In this document: piece by piece, positions 38,971 to 49,196 of the stretch
How the letters are laid out: each line of letters starts with the position of its first letter
Numbering within the stretch: position 1 is the first letter of the stretch
Assembly (NCBI GenBank): GCA_903912525.1
Contig: CAIWHK010000049.1
Span: forward strand, 21,269-85,268
Direction: 5' to 3'
From: an uncultured bacterium
GTDB lineage: Bacteria > Krumholzibacteriota > Krumholzibacteriia > LZORAL124-64-63
Length of the DNA stretch: 64,000 bases
Translations under genes and position numbers: made by a program
Notes under the pieces: generated by a model
The model's input: only the letters and a program-made list of their open reading frames with translations
Databases searched by the model: none
What the model was told of the DNA's origin: nothing

Positions 38971-40259
38971 TTCCGCGCGGCGATTTCCTGCGGGCCCCCG
39001 CCGGGGTCGAGCCCTGCGACGGCCAGGCAGGCGACTGCTCGCGCTGCGGTCGCATCTTCTCCGAGCGCTTCCCGCTGCTGGAGCGCCGGGTGAACGGACG
39101 CCCGCTGGTCTACCTGGACAGCGCAGCCACGACGCAGAAGCCCGGCGCGGTCATCGCCGCCGAGGCGCGCTACTACCGCGAGCACAACGCGAACGTGCAC
39201 CGCGGCATGCACACGCTGGGCGTCGAGGCGACGGACCTGTATGAAGAGTGCCGCTCGCGCGTCGGGCGCTTCCTGGGCGTGCCGGCCGATCGCGTCGTGG
39301 TCACGCGCGGTGCCACGTCGGCGCTGAACCTGGTGGCCGGCGGCCTGGGGCCGTCGCTGAAGCCGGGCGACGAGATCATCGTCACCGAGATGGAGCACCA
39401 CGCGAACCTGGTGCCGTGGATCGAGGTCGCGCGCCGCGAGGGCCTGGTGCTGCGGCACCTGCCGGTCACCGCGGGCGGCGAACTGGACCTGGAGCGGCTG
39501 CCGCAGCTGCTGACCGCGCGCACGCGCGTCGTGGCGCTGACGCACGTTTCCAACGTGCTGGGCACCATCAACCCGGTGGCCGAGGTCGCGGCCGCGGCGC
39601 GCCGGCGCGGGGCGCTGGTCGTCGTTGACGCCGCGCAGTCGGTGGGGCACCTGCCGTTCACGTTTGACGAGCTGGGCGCCGACTACCTGGTCTTCTCGGC
39701 CCACAAGGCCTACGGGCCGATGGGCCTGGGCTTCCTGGTGGGCGGGGCCGAGGCGCTGGAGCGCCTGCAGCCGGTGGAATTCGGCGGCGAGATGATCGAG
39801 ACCGTGACCATGGATTCGGCCACCTGGGCCGCGATCCCGCAGCGCTTCGAGGCGGGCACGCCGAACGTGGGCGCGGCGGCGGCCTTCCCGGCGGCGCTCG
39901 ATACCATCGACGAGGCCACGCTGCAGCGCCTGCGGCAGCACGAGATCTCGCTGACCGCCTATGCGCTCGAGCGCCTGGAGCGGATGGGCGGCCTGACCAT
40001 CTTCGGTCCGCGCGAGGCCGAGCGTCGCGGCGGCCTGGTCAGCTTCCACGACCCGATGGTGCACCCGCACGACATGGCGCAGCTGCTCGATTCGCTGGGC
40101 ATCGCCGTGCGCGCCGGGCACCACTGCGCGCAGCCGCTGCACCGCCGGCTGGGCGTCGTGGCGACGAGCCGCGCCTCGTTCGGGATGTACAACTCGCACG
40201 ACGACATCGACGCGCTGGTCGACGGCATCGGCTACGCAAGGAGCGTGTTCGGGGCATGA
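38967..40259 (+). CDS. sufS: Cysteine desulfurase SufS
   Basis: 'YLDSAATTQKP', 'EHHAN', 'SAHK', 'RAGHHCA'. Confidence 0.95.
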   Translation: MIPRGDFLRAPAGVEPCDGQAGDCSRCGRIFSERFPLLERRVNGRPLVYLDSAATTQKPGAVIAAEARYYREHNANVHRGMHTLGVEATDLYEECRSRVGRFLGVPADRVVVTRGATSALNLVAGGLGPSLKPGDEIIVTEMEHHANLVPWIEVARREGLVLRHLPVTAGGELDLERLPQLLTARTRVVALTHVSNVLGTINPVAEVAAAARRRGALVVVDAAQSVGHLPFTFDELGADYLVFSAHKAYGPMGLGFLVGGAEALERLQPVEFGGEMIETVTMDSATWAAIPQRFEAGTPNVGAAAAFPAALDTIDEATLQRLRQHEISLTAYALERLERMGGLTIFGPREAERRGGLVSFHDPMVHPHDMAQLLDSLGIAVRAGHHCAQPLHRRLGVVATSRASFGMYNSHDDIDALVDGIGYARSVFGA

Positions 40260-40732
40260 ACGCCGGGATGGACGAACTCTACCGGGAAGTGATCCTGGAC
40301 CACCACCGCAGCCCGCGGGGGCGCGAGCCCCTGCCGGGCCCGGCCGACGCGCGCGCCGAGGGCAAGAATCCCTCGTGCGGCGACGAATTGACCCTGGAGC
40401 TGGCCTGTGCCGGCGGCGCCATCACCGACGCCCATGTGGAGTGCCGCGGCTGCGCCATCGCCACAGCCAGCAGCTCCATCCTGGCCGAGCTCGTGGCCGG
40501 CCGCACGCCCGAGCAGGCCCGCGCCCTGGCCGAGGCCTTCCGCACGGCCATGCACTCGCCCGACGGCGCGCTGGCCGACGAGCTGGATCCCGGCGACCTC
40601 GAGGTGCTGACCGGGGTCCGCAAGTTCCCGGCGCGCGTGAAGTGCGCGTTGCTGCCCTGGATCACGCTGCTTTCCGCGCTCGACGCGGAGGGCGAAGGCA
40701 AGCCTGCCGCACCTGCATCGACGGAGGCCTGA
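40256..40732 (+). CDS. sufU: SUF system sulfur-transfer protein SufU (NifU-like)
   Basis: 'LYREVILDH', 'NPSCGDE', 'GCAIATASSS', 'RVKCA'. Confidence 0.93.
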   Translation: MNAGMDELYREVILDHHRSPRGREPLPGPADARAEGKNPSCGDELTLELACAGGAITDAHVECRGCAIATASSSILAELVAGRTPEQARALAEAFRTAMHSPDGALADELDPGDLEVLTGVRKFPARVKCALLPWITLLSALDAEGEGKPAAPASTEA

Positions 40733-40734
40733 CG

Positions 40735-41052
40735 ATGAGCAAGCTGACACAGGCGGCGGTCATCGAGGCCGTTCGCCCCGTGATGGATCCCGAGCTCAAC
40801 CTGAGCATCGTCGACCTGGGCCTGCTGCGCGAGGTCGAGATCGAGGAAGAGGAAGGGCACGTCACCCTGGGCCTGACCCTGACCAGCCCGATGTGCCCGA
40901 TGGGCCCCCAGATCATGGAAGCCGCGCGAAACGCCGTCCTGCGGATGCCGGGCGTGAAGTACTGCGGCGTCGACCTGGTCTGGTCGCCGCCCTGGGACCC
41001 GCGCGTGGACGCCTCCGAGGACGCGCGCGCCGAACTGGGCATCTGGGACTAG
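40735..41052 (+). CDS. sufT: DUF59/SufT (PaaD-like) Fe-S maturation protein
   Basis: 'DPELNLSIVDLGL', 'TLTSPMCPMG', 'WSPPW'. Confidence 0.88.
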   Translation: MSKLTQAAVIEAVRPVMDPELNLSIVDLGLLREVEIEEEEGHVTLGLTLTSPMCPMGPQIMEAARNAVLRMPGVKYCGVDLVWSPPWDPRVDASEDARAELGIWD

Positions 41053-41102
41053 GCCCCTGCTCGTCGGTTGACGCCCCGCGCCCGTTCCCCGATATTTGGC
41101 CG

Positions 41103-42851
41103 ATGAACGCCACCTCTGGAAAACGATCGCTTGGCGCGCGCCAGCCATCCCTGTGGCTGGTGCTGTTGCCGATGCTCTTGCCCATGATCCTGGCCGTGCT
41201 CGTCTACCGCGAAGTCGGTCGGTACGGGTTCGTCAACTTCGATGACGATATCTACGTCGTCCAGAATGAACAGGTCATGGGCGGACCCACGTCCGCCAAC
41301 CTGGCCTGGGCGCTGACCGCCCGGCACGGCGATGTCTGGGTGCCGGCCACCTGGTGGTCCTTCCAGGTCGATGCGGCGATCGGCGGACCCGAACCCGCGA
41401 CCTTCCATATCACGAACCTGCTCCTGCACCTGCTGAACATCGGGTTGGTGTTCCTCATTGCCCGGCGCCTGGGCGGCGGGGCGTTCGCCGCCACAGTGGC
41501 CGCCGCGCTGTTCGCCATCCATCCGCTCAACGTTGAGGCCGTGGCCTGGGTGACCGCCCGCAAGGACGTGCTGATGGGTGCGTTCCTGCTGGGCGCGGTG
41601 CTGGCCTGGCTGTCGCTGGCGGGCCGGCGCCGGCTGGCGGTGACCGCCGTCCTCGGCGTCCTGGCGATGATGGCCAAGCCGGCGGCCGTTGTCCTGCCGC
41701 TGCTGCTGCTGCTGGTCATGTTGTGGGAGGACCGGCGCGGCGGACCGGTTTCCGCATCGGGGAGCGCGACGCGCTGGCGCTCGCGATGGCCCCTCCTGGC
41801 GCTACTCACGGTCGCGGCTGTCGGTGTTTCGATCGCCACCGTCCATCTGGCGCGGAACGGCGACATGGGTGCGCCGCTGCCGGTCAGCGCCGGGCAGCGC
41901 GCGCTGGATGCCTCCTCGGGCGTCGGCCGGTACCTCGCGCGCCTGGTCTGGCCGCACAACCTGGCCGTGCGGTATCCCGCGCCGGACCTGGTGGTCGCCG
42001 CGCCGCTGGCGATCGGCTTGAGCGCGCTGTGGCTGGCGTTGACGGCGCTGCTGGCGTGGAAGCGCCAGCGGGCCCCGCTGGCCGCCCTGGCCTGGTTCTG
42101 GTTCCTGGTTTGTCTTTTGCCGTCGATCGGCCTGGTCCAGGGCGGGCAGTTGCCGATGGGGGATCGCTACGTCTACCTGGGCGCCATCGGCCTCTGGATT
42201 GCGGGCGCCGTGGCGCTGGAACGGGCGACCGCGGCTCGGATCGGGTTGCGCCGGGTGGCGATGGTCGTGGTCGCCGTGGCGGTGGCAGGGCTGACGATCG
42301 GCGCCAGTCGGCAGGCGACGGTCTGGAGGAGCGGTGAAACGCTCTGGCGCCACGCGTTGGCCGTGACCCGTGACAACGACGTCGCGCACCAGAACCTGTC
42401 CGTGCTCCTGGACGCCGCAGACAGGGACGACGAAGCGCTGATGCACCTGGACGCGGCTCTCGCCATTCGTCCCCACAGCGAGACGAACTTCAACAAGGCG
42501 AACCTGTTGGCCGCCCTCGGGCGCATGCCGGAGGCAGAGCAGTGCTACCGCACGGCGCTGCGGCAGAACCCGGGGCTGTATGAAGCGTCGCTGAACCTGG
42601 GCTCCCTGCTGGGCATGCAGGGGCGCTTTGACGAGGCGCGCGCGGTGCTCCTGGCCGCTGCGGCGAAGCAGCCGAACCTGGCGCCCCTGCAGTACAACCT
42701 GGCGGTGGTGGCGGCGAAGCAGGGGGACTGGGCGGAGGCGACGGCGCGCTGTCGGCGGGCGCTGGAGCTGGATCCGTCGCATCCGGGGTCACGTGAACTG
42801 CTGGCCAGGGTTGGGGCCGCGGCGGCGCGGCCGCCTGCGGCGGGGCAGTGA
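41103..42851 (+). CDS. TMTC-like GT-C membrane glycosyltransferase with C-terminal TPRs
   Basis: 'FVNFDDDIYV', 'FHITNLLLH', 'HPLNVEAVAW', 'DRYVY', then TPR repeats. Confidence 0.8.
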   Translation: MNATSGKRSLGARQPSLWLVLLPMLLPMILAVLVYREVGRYGFVNFDDDIYVVQNEQVMGGPTSANLAWALTARHGDVWVPATWWSFQVDAAIGGPEPATFHITNLLLHLLNIGLVFLIARRLGGGAFAATVAAALFAIHPLNVEAVAWVTARKDVLMGAFLLGAVLAWLSLAGRRRLAVTAVLGVLAMMAKPAAVVLPLLLLLVMLWEDRRGGPVSASGSATRWRSRWPLLALLTVAAVGVSIATVHLARNGDMGAPLPVSAGQRALDASSGVGRYLARLVWPHNLAVRYPAPDLVVAAPLAIGLSALWLALTALLAWKRQRAPLAALAWFWFLVCLLPSIGLVQGGQLPMGDRYVYLGAIGLWIAGAVALERATAARIGLRRVAMVVVAVAVAGLTIGASRQATVWRSGETLWRHALAVTRDNDVAHQNLSVLLDAADRDDEALMHLDAALAIRPHSETNFNKANLLAALGRMPEAEQCYRTALRQNPGLYEASLNLGSLLGMQGRFDEARAVLLAAAAKQPNLAPLQYNLAVVAAKQGDWAEATARCRRALELDPSHPGSRELLARVGAAAARPPAAGQ

Positions 42852-42857
42852 GCGGGG

Positions 42858-44243
42858 TCAGTCGGCGTCGCGTTCCTCGGCGGAGAACAGCGCGCGCAGG
42901 GTCTCGAGGTGGCGCGCGCGTTCCTCGCGCGACTCGGAGTTGCGCAGCGACGACATCGAGCGCCCGAGCACCTTCTTGATGAACAGCTGCAGGTTCTTGT
43001 CGACCTCGTCGGCCAGCTCGTCCGACTGCTTCTTGCGGACGAATCCCACCTGCTTGTCCTTCAGCTCTTCCAGGTAGGCGCGGAACTCGGCCACGGTCGG
43101 CCGCATATCAATATCTTCCAGCCACTGCCCGAATTCGGCCAGTTCCTCGCCGATCAGGCGCTCGGCATGCGGGATCTGCCCGCGCCGCGCCGCCAGGTTG
43201 CCCTGCACGATTTCGTCGAGGTCCTCGAGCCCGAACACGAACACGTTGCCGATCTTCGCGACATCCGGGTGGATGTCGCGCGGCACCGCGATGTCCAGCA
43301 TGAACAGGGGCAGGCCGTGGCGGTCCTTCACGGCGGCCTGGACCATCGCCGGCAGGATGACCGGTTCGGTGGCGCCCGTCGTGCTGAGCACCACGTCGGC
43401 GTTCGCGATGGCGGCGCCCAGTTCGTCCCAGGGGCGGGCGATGATGCGGCTGTCGGGCCCGCGCAGGGCGCGCGCGCTGTCGGCGCTCTCGCCCTCGATG
43501 TCGAGGTCGGCCTCGACCAGCTGGCGCGACTGCTCGTCGCGCAGCGTGGCGGCCAGCGCCTCGGCGCGCTCGAAGCTGCGGTTGACCACGGTCAGGTGGC
43601 CGATGTCGTGCTGCAGGAAGTGCCGCGCGGCCAGTGCGCCGGTCTCGCCGGCGCCCACCAGCAGCGCCCGGTGCTTGCCCAGGCGGTCGAAGAACTTGCG
43701 CGACAGCTCGACCGCGGCGAACGCCACGCTCACCGCTCCCGTCGAGATCCGCGTCTCGGTGCGCACGCGCTTGCCGGCGCGGAAGGCACCCTGGAAGGCG
43801 CGCAGCAGGCCCGGCCCCGGCTCGTGGTGGGCGCGCGCCAGGCGGTAGGCGTCCTTCAGCTGGGCGGTGATCTGCGGCTCGCCCAGCATCATGCTTTCCA
43901 TGCCCGAGGCCAGCCGGTACAGGTGCGCGATGGCCTCGAGGCCGTCCAGGCGCAGCGCGTGTTCCGAGAAGAACACCTCGCAGTCGGCACCGATCGCCGC
44001 GAGGGCTTCGCGCAGGATGGCGTCGGCGTCGGCGCCGTCCTTTACTTCCAGGTAGATCTCGGTGCGGTTGCACGTCGAGACCGGGATCACCGACACGCAG
44101 GCGGGCTCGCTCGCGGAACCGGCGCTGAGGGCGTCCATCAACTCGACGGCGCGCTCCTCGGTCAGGTGCGCGCGCTCGCGCACGGCCGTCGGCGCGGTCT
44201 TGTGGCTGATGCTGCGGACATGCAGGCTGGTCGCGCCGGCCAT
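42858..44243 (-). CDS. hemA: Glutamyl-tRNA reductase
   Basis: 'SHKTAP', 'STCNRTE', 'GEPQI', 'GAGETG', 'DIAVPRDI'. Confidence 0.96.
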   Translation of the reverse strand: MAGATSLHVRSISHKTAPTAVRERAHLTEERAVELMDALSAGSASEPACVSVIPVSTCNRTEIYLEVKDGADADAILREALAAIGADCEVFFSEHALRLDGLEAIAHLYRLASGMESMMLGEPQITAQLKDAYRLARAHHEPGPGLLRAFQGAFRAGKRVRTETRISTGAVSVAFAAVELSRKFFDRLGKHRALLVGAGETGALAARHFLQHDIGHLTVVNRSFERAEALAATLRDEQSRQLVEADLDIEGESADSARALRGPDSRIIARPWDELGAAIANADVVLSTTGATEPVILPAMVQAAVKDRHGLPLFMLDIAVPRDIHPDVAKIGNVFVFGLEDLDEIVQGNLAARRGQIPHAERLIGEELAEFGQWLEDIDMRPTVAEFRAYLEELKDKQVGFVRKKQSDELADEVDKNLQLFIKKVLGRSMSSLRNSESREERARHLETLRALFSAEERDAD

Positions 44244-45178
44244 CACCGCTCCCCGGTCAACAGGTGGTTGGCGGCATACGCCGGCGCATCGGCGCGCGGC
44301 GAAGCGACGGCCGAGGCGTCCATGGTCGGGAACTTGTGGAACGTCGGGAAGAAATGGTGCACCGCGCCCATGCCCACGACGATCGTCACGAAGGCGGCGA
44401 CGGCCATGATGTTCATGCGCCGGCCGCGCCAGCCCAGGAAGCGGTGGCCGGCCAGGCCCGCGGTGTAGCCCAGGAAGATGACCCACGAGAAGAGGATCTT
44501 GGCGTCCCACGGCGTCAGGGCCTTGGCCAGGCGCGGGTCCAGACCCGGCCGGTCGGCCAGGTCGTACATCCACAGGTGCCCCAGCGCGAGCGCCAGGAAC
44601 AGCAGGGGCACGCCCATCTCCACCGAGACAACGCTCATGCGCTCGAGTGTCTCGAGGGCCGGCAGGCGCCGGAACAGCAGGCCGAACCGGCGGCGCATCA
44701 GCTGCCGCGCCAGCACCAGGTACAGGATGGCGTAGAGAAAACTGAGGCTCAGGGCCGTGTACGACAGCAGCACCAGCACGGCGTGGCCGGCAAAGCCGGG
44801 GTCGCTCAACAGCGGGTTGACCTGCGCGGCGCCCGGTTCGAAGATCGCCGAGCTCAGCATCATCAAGCCCGCCGCGCCGGTCGTCAAGAAGCCGGTATTC
44901 TTCGCGCGCAGGCGACGTTCGACCACCAGGTAGGTGCCCAGGAGGGCCAGCGCCAGGGCGCTCATGAACTCGGCCTGCGTGCCCATCGGCAGACGCTGAA
45001 GCGCCACGCCCCGAATCACCATCACGCCCATGTGCAGGATCACGACGGCGGCCGCCGCGCGCGAGCAGGTGCGCCGCGCCACGGGATGCTCGGTGTAGAA
45101 CAGCCACAGGTAGTCGGCCCACACCGCCAGGTAGAGGATCGGCAGAAGGATCGTCAATACGGTCACCAGCGCGGTCAT
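44243..45178 (-). CDS. CcsA/HemX-like cytochrome c assembly-family membrane protein
   Basis: About eight TM helices, 'LPALETLERM', 'WDAKIL', 'GWRGRR', conserved His; adjacent to hemA. Confidence 0.8.
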   Translation of the reverse strand: MTALVTVLTILLPILYLAVWADYLWLFYTEHPVARRTCSRAAAAVVILHMGVMVIRGVALQRLPMGTQAEFMSALALALLGTYLVVERRLRAKNTGFLTTGAAGLMMLSSAIFEPGAAQVNPLLSDPGFAGHAVLVLLSYTALSLSFLYAILYLVLARQLMRRRFGLLFRRLPALETLERMSVVSVEMGVPLLFLALALGHLWMYDLADRPGLDPRLAKALTPWDAKILFSWVIFLGYTAGLAGHRFLGWRGRRMNIMAVAAFVTIVVGMGAVHHFFPTFHKFPTMDASAVASPRADAPAYAANHLLTGER

Positions 45179-46680
45179 CGCGCCACCTCCGCGGACAGCG
45201 GCCGCGCGCCCGTCAGCGCAGCCAGTATCTTGTCGGCAACAGCCTCGGACTCCTTGACGCACGCGTTCACGGCGATGCCCCGGTAGGCGCTCCCCGCGAA
45301 CCACAGCGACCCATGCCGGGCGGCCGCCGCGTCGATGGCCGCCAGCCGGGCCAGGTGTCCCGGGACATATTGCGCGATCGCGCGCGCGTGGCGAATGATA
45401 TTCACAAGCTCGGGCTCGCCGCGCAGGCCCAGCAGCGGACCGAGGTCGGCCAGCATGCGCTTCACCAGTTCGTCGTCGCCCAGCGTCATCACGCCGGGAT
45501 TGCCCGCGCCGCCGGCCATGCAGCGCAGGAGCACGCGACCGTCGGGCGCCAGGCCCGGGAAGATGCTGCTGCTCCAGAGCACGCCCAGCGCCGTGCGCTT
45601 CTCCTGCCCGGGCACCAGCAGGCCGAAGCCGTTCAGGTCGTGGTCGACCTTGTCGCGCGGGTAGCCCAGCGCGATGACGGCCATCGGGGCGTAGGGGATG
45701 GCGGCCAGGTCGGCCGACAGGGCGGGGTCCAGCGCGGCCGTGTGGCGCGCCGCCGCGTGCGAGGGCGCCGCGTCGAGCACCGCCGTGAAACCGCCGCGTT
45801 CGCCGCCGGGCCAGCTGACGCGCCAGCCGTCCGCGTCGCGGGTGATCGCCGAGACATCGGCGCCGCGCACCACCTCGGCCTGCGCGTCCTCGTCCAGCGC
45901 GCGGGCCAGCCCGTCGACCAGCACGGCCATGCCGCCGTCGAACGAATGCAGCACGCCGGTCGGGCCCGCGTCGGTGCGGCGGCCCTTGCGGCGCTTCTCG
46001 CGGCCCAGGGTGATCATCGCGCGGAACAGGCCGCCGTGGTCGCGTTCCAGCTCGACCATGCGCGGGAAGGCCGCCGCCAGGCTGAGTTGCTTCGACTCGC
46101 CGCCGAACACGCCCTTGACCATGGGGTCGAGCATGACGTTCGCGAACTCGCGGCCCAGCCGGCGCTCTCCGAAGCGGTCAATGGTTTCGTCGGTGGCCAG
46201 GTCGGTCGCGGCCCGGCCCAGGTCCTTGCGGCCCGGCACCAGCAACTCGCCCGCCATGCGCAGCTTGCCGCGCGTGGACAGCATCTTCGAGGACAGGAAG
46301 GCCTTCGGCGACAGCGGGATCTCCTGCAGCTTGCCGTTCACGAGCAGGAACCGCCGGCGCGTGGCATCGCTACTGCGGAGAAGGCGCGGCCGCAGGCCCA
46401 GCCGGTCGACCAGCCGCAGCGTGGCCGGCTCGTTGTCGAGGAACCCGTTCGGGCCCCACTCGAACTGCCAGCCGCCCTGGTTGAGGGTGCGCAGGTTGCC
46501 GCCGGTCTCGGTGTCCTTCTCGAACACCGTCACCGACAGGTCCACGCCCTGGGCGCGCGCGCGGTCGCGCAGCGCCAGCGCCGCGGCCAGCCCGGCCACG
46601 CCGCCGCCGATCACCGCGACCTTGAGCCCTGTTCCGCTGAATTCCTGTCCGCTGGATTTTTGTCCGCTTGCCTCAGGCAT
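45175..46680 (-). CDS. hemY: Protoporphyrinogen oxidase (HemY-type FAD enzyme, often annotated HemG)
   Basis: 'IGGGVAGLAAA', 'GGNLRT', 'EWGPNGF', 'GFGLLVP', 'AIAQY..GH'. Confidence 0.92.
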   Translation of the reverse strand: MPEASGQKSSGQEFSGTGLKVAVIGGGVAGLAAALALRDRARAQGVDLSVTVFEKDTETGGNLRTLNQGGWQFEWGPNGFLDNEPATLRLVDRLGLRPRLLRSSDATRRRFLLVNGKLQEIPLSPKAFLSSKMLSTRGKLRMAGELLVPGRKDLGRAATDLATDETIDRFGERRLGREFANVMLDPMVKGVFGGESKQLSLAAAFPRMVELERDHGGLFRAMITLGREKRRKGRRTDAGPTGVLHSFDGGMAVLVDGLARALDEDAQAEVVRGADVSAITRDADGWRVSWPGGERGGFTAVLDAAPSHAAARHTAALDPALSADLAAIPYAPMAVIALGYPRDKVDHDLNGFGLLVPGQEKRTALGVLWSSSIFPGLAPDGRVLLRCMAGGAGNPGVMTLGDDELVKRMLADLGPLLGLRGEPELVNIIRHARAIAQYVPGHLARLAAIDAAAARHGSLWFAGSAYRGIAVNACVKESEAVADKILAALTGARPLSAEVAR

Positions 46681-47788
46681 CGACACCCCTCCGCCCGAAC
46701 GCCGCCGCGGCCAGGTGCGCCGCCAGCGAGTCGAGCCACCCCGCATCCTCGTTCAGCGCCGCGCCCCGCGCGAAGCCGTGCAATCCCGCCTTCTCGGCCG
46801 TTTCCTTCAGCTCGACGTCGAGTTCGAGCAGCGTCTCGATGTGCTCGCAGGTGAAGCTGACCGGCTGCACGAACAACCGCTTGCAGCCCGCGCCCGCGAT
46901 ACGCTTCGTCTCGGCCTCGACGTTCGGCTCCAGCCAGCGCACCGGGCCGACCCGGCTCTGGAAGGTGATCGCCGGCTCGGCGCCGCCAGCCATCAGCGCG
47001 CGCATCCACTCGGCGAAGCCCGCTGCGGCAACCGCCGCCGTCACCTTCGCGTGCACCGCCGCCACGGTCGCGCGCGTGCGTTCCTCGTAGCAGTCGCCCC
47101 GCTGGATGAACGAATACGGCAGCGAGTGCGCCACGTAGAGCAGGGCCGAGGTCTTCGGGTCCTCGCCGGCCGCGGCCCAGGCGATGACCTGCGCCGCCGC
47201 CGGGGCGGCCAGCGCCTCGATGAAGCCCGGCAGCAGGTGCCAGTCGGCCATCACGTGCACGGGCGCCGTGGTCGCCATGCGCTTCAGCGAGTCGAGCACG
47301 AAGTCGAGCGTGCTGCCGTTGGTGGCCGCCGAGAACTGCGGGTACATCGGGATCACGATGTACTGCTCGGCCCCGCCGCGCATCAGGCGCGACACGGCCT
47401 CGTCCGGGTACGGCTGCCAGTAGCGCATCGCGATGTCCGGGGTCACGTCGTAGCCGCCCGCGCGCAGCCGCTGGGCCAGCAGTTCGCCCTGCCGGCGCGT
47501 GGTGGCCAGTTGCGGCGTCACCGAGTCGGGGCTGACCATCAGGTACCGCTTGCGCACCTCGGGCGAGCGCTTGCGCGCGATGCCCCAGCCGATGATCGGC
47601 GCCAGCAGCGGCGGCACCGGGAAGATCTGGGGATCGCGGAACAGGTTGCGCAGGAAGGGCTCGACGGCGGTGGGCCCGTCGGGCCCGCCCATGCCCGTCA
47701 GGATCAGGCCGGTACGACGCGCCGGGTCCAGGCGCGTGGCCTGGTACCCGGCGATCTTCCCGGCGAGCGACGAGCGTTTCGAGGCCAT
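46673..47788 (-). CDS. hemH: Ferrochelatase
   Basis: 'MGGP', 'AMRYWQP', 'PMYPQFS', 'AHSLP', 'FQSRVGP..WLEP', 'EHIETL.ELD'. Confidence 0.94.
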   Translation of the reverse strand: MASKRSSLAGKIAGYQATRLDPARRTGLILTGMGGPDGPTAVEPFLRNLFRDPQIFPVPPLLAPIIGWGIARKRSPEVRKRYLMVSPDSVTPQLATTRRQGELLAQRLRAGGYDVTPDIAMRYWQPYPDEAVSRLMRGGAEQYIVIPMYPQFSAATNGSTLDFVLDSLKRMATTAPVHVMADWHLLPGFIEALAAPAAAQVIAWAAAGEDPKTSALLYVAHSLPYSFIQRGDCYEERTRATVAAVHAKVTAAVAAAGFAEWMRALMAGGAEPAITFQSRVGPVRWLEPNVEAETKRIAGAGCKRLFVQPVSFTCEHIETLLELDVELKETAEKAGLHGFARGAALNEDAGWLDSLAAHLAAAAFGRRGVDA

Positions 47789-47789
47789 C

Positions 47790-49166
47790 TCAGACGGTCC
47801 TCGAGAACAGGGGCTTGTCGCCCGCGCCCGCGAGGTAGGCGTCGAAGATCATGGCCACGTTGCGCACGAAGTAGCGGCCCTTGTCGGTGATGTGCAGCCC
47901 GAAGTCGTCCGCCGTGACCAGCCCGTCGGCGACCAGCGGCGGCAGCGCCGCGAGTTCGCCGGCCAGCAGGCGGTCGGCCGGGGCGCCGAAGGCGGCCTCG
48001 GTCAGCTTCCAGGGCAGCTCCAGGTTGCACATCACGTTCAGGATGACCAGGCGCCGCATGCGGTCGTCGTCGTTCAGCTTGTGGCCCTTGACGATGGGCA
48101 GCCTGCCGGCGTCGATGGCCGCGCCCCACGGCTCGAGTTCGGCGTCGTTCTGCACGAAGCGGTCGCAGACGTCGCCGATGCCGCTCATGCCGAAGGCCAG
48201 CATGTGCGGGGCCGGCTTGGTGGCGTAGCCCATGAAGTTGCGGTGCAGCGCGCGGTTCTCGAGCGCCACCGACAACTCGTCGCCCTTCTTGGCGAAGTGG
48301 TCGATGCCGATCCAGGTGTAGTCGGCGTCCTTGAACAGGTCGACCGTCAGCTGGAACAGGGCGAACTTGTCGTAGCCGCCCAGCATGTGCGTCGTGTCGA
48401 CCTTGTTCTGCAGCGGCCGCACCCAGGGCACGTGCGCGTACGAGAAGCAGGCCACGCGGTCGGGCTGCAGGCCGATGATCTCGCCCAGCGTATGCGTGAA
48501 CGACTCGCGCGTCTGGCCGGGCAGGCCATAGACCAGGTCGACGTTGACGCCGGGGAAGCCGGCGTCACGGCAGCCCTGGTACACGTTCAGCGTGCGCTCG
48601 CGGCCCTGCCGGCGGCCGATGGCCACCTGCACGGTCTCCTCGAAATCCTGCACGCCCAGGCTGATGCGGTTGAAGCCGGCCGAGCGCAGGAAGGCCACCT
48701 GCTCGGGCGTGGCGATGCGCGGGTCGATCTCCAGCGAGACCTCGGCGTCGGGCGCCAGGTCGAACGCGCCGCGGAACATCGCCAGGGCGCGGTTCACCTC
48801 GGTCTCACTGAGGTAGTTCGGCGTGCCCCCGCCCCAGTGGAACTGCACCACGCGCCGGTTCGTGCCGATCAGCGCGGTGACCATCGCCAGTTCCTTCTCG
48901 ACGCGGTCGAGATACTCCGTGACGGCGTTCTTCTCGCGCGTGACCAGCGCATTGCAGCCGCAGTAGAAGCAGTGCTTGGCGCAGAAGGGCAGGTGCAGGT
49001 AGATGGCCAGCTCGTCGCCGGGCTTCTGCGCCAGTTCGGCCAGCGCCTCGCGGTACTCGGCGTCGCCGAAAGCCTGCTTCCAGGCCGGCACCGTCGGGTA
49101 GCTCGTGTAGCGCGGCCCGGCGGTATTGTACTTCTCGACGAAGTCGGCCGGTATGTTCAAGGACAT
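47790..49166 (-). CDS. hemN: Oxygen-independent coproporphyrinogen III oxidase (radical SAM)
   Basis: 'GPRYTSYPT', 'YLHLPFCAKHCFYCGC', 'GGGTP', 'EIDPR', 'HRNFMGY', 'FSRTV'. Confidence 0.96.
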   Translation of the reverse strand: MSLNIPADFVEKYNTAGPRYTSYPTVPAWKQAFGDAEYREALAELAQKPGDELAIYLHLPFCAKHCFYCGCNALVTREKNAVTEYLDRVEKELAMVTALIGTNRRVVQFHWGGGTPNYLSETEVNRALAMFRGAFDLAPDAEVSLEIDPRIATPEQVAFLRSAGFNRISLGVQDFEETVQVAIGRRQGRERTLNVYQGCRDAGFPGVNVDLVYGLPGQTRESFTHTLGEIIGLQPDRVACFSYAHVPWVRPLQNKVDTTHMLGGYDKFALFQLTVDLFKDADYTWIGIDHFAKKGDELSVALENRALHRNFMGYATKPAPHMLAFGMSGIGDVCDRFVQNDAELEPWGAAIDAGRLPIVKGHKLNDDDRMRRLVILNVMCNLELPWKLTEAAFGAPADRLLAGELAALPPLVADGLVTADDFGLHITDKGRYFVRNVAMIFDAYLAGAGDKPLFSRTV

Positions 49167-49196
49167 GGTCGTCCGTCCTTACGCTCTGTCGTTCTA

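Noticed and set aside
44243-45178. Complete system II cytochrome c maturation
   Set aside because: No ResB/CcsB partner and a reduced WWD motif. The hemA linkage fits HemX-like better.
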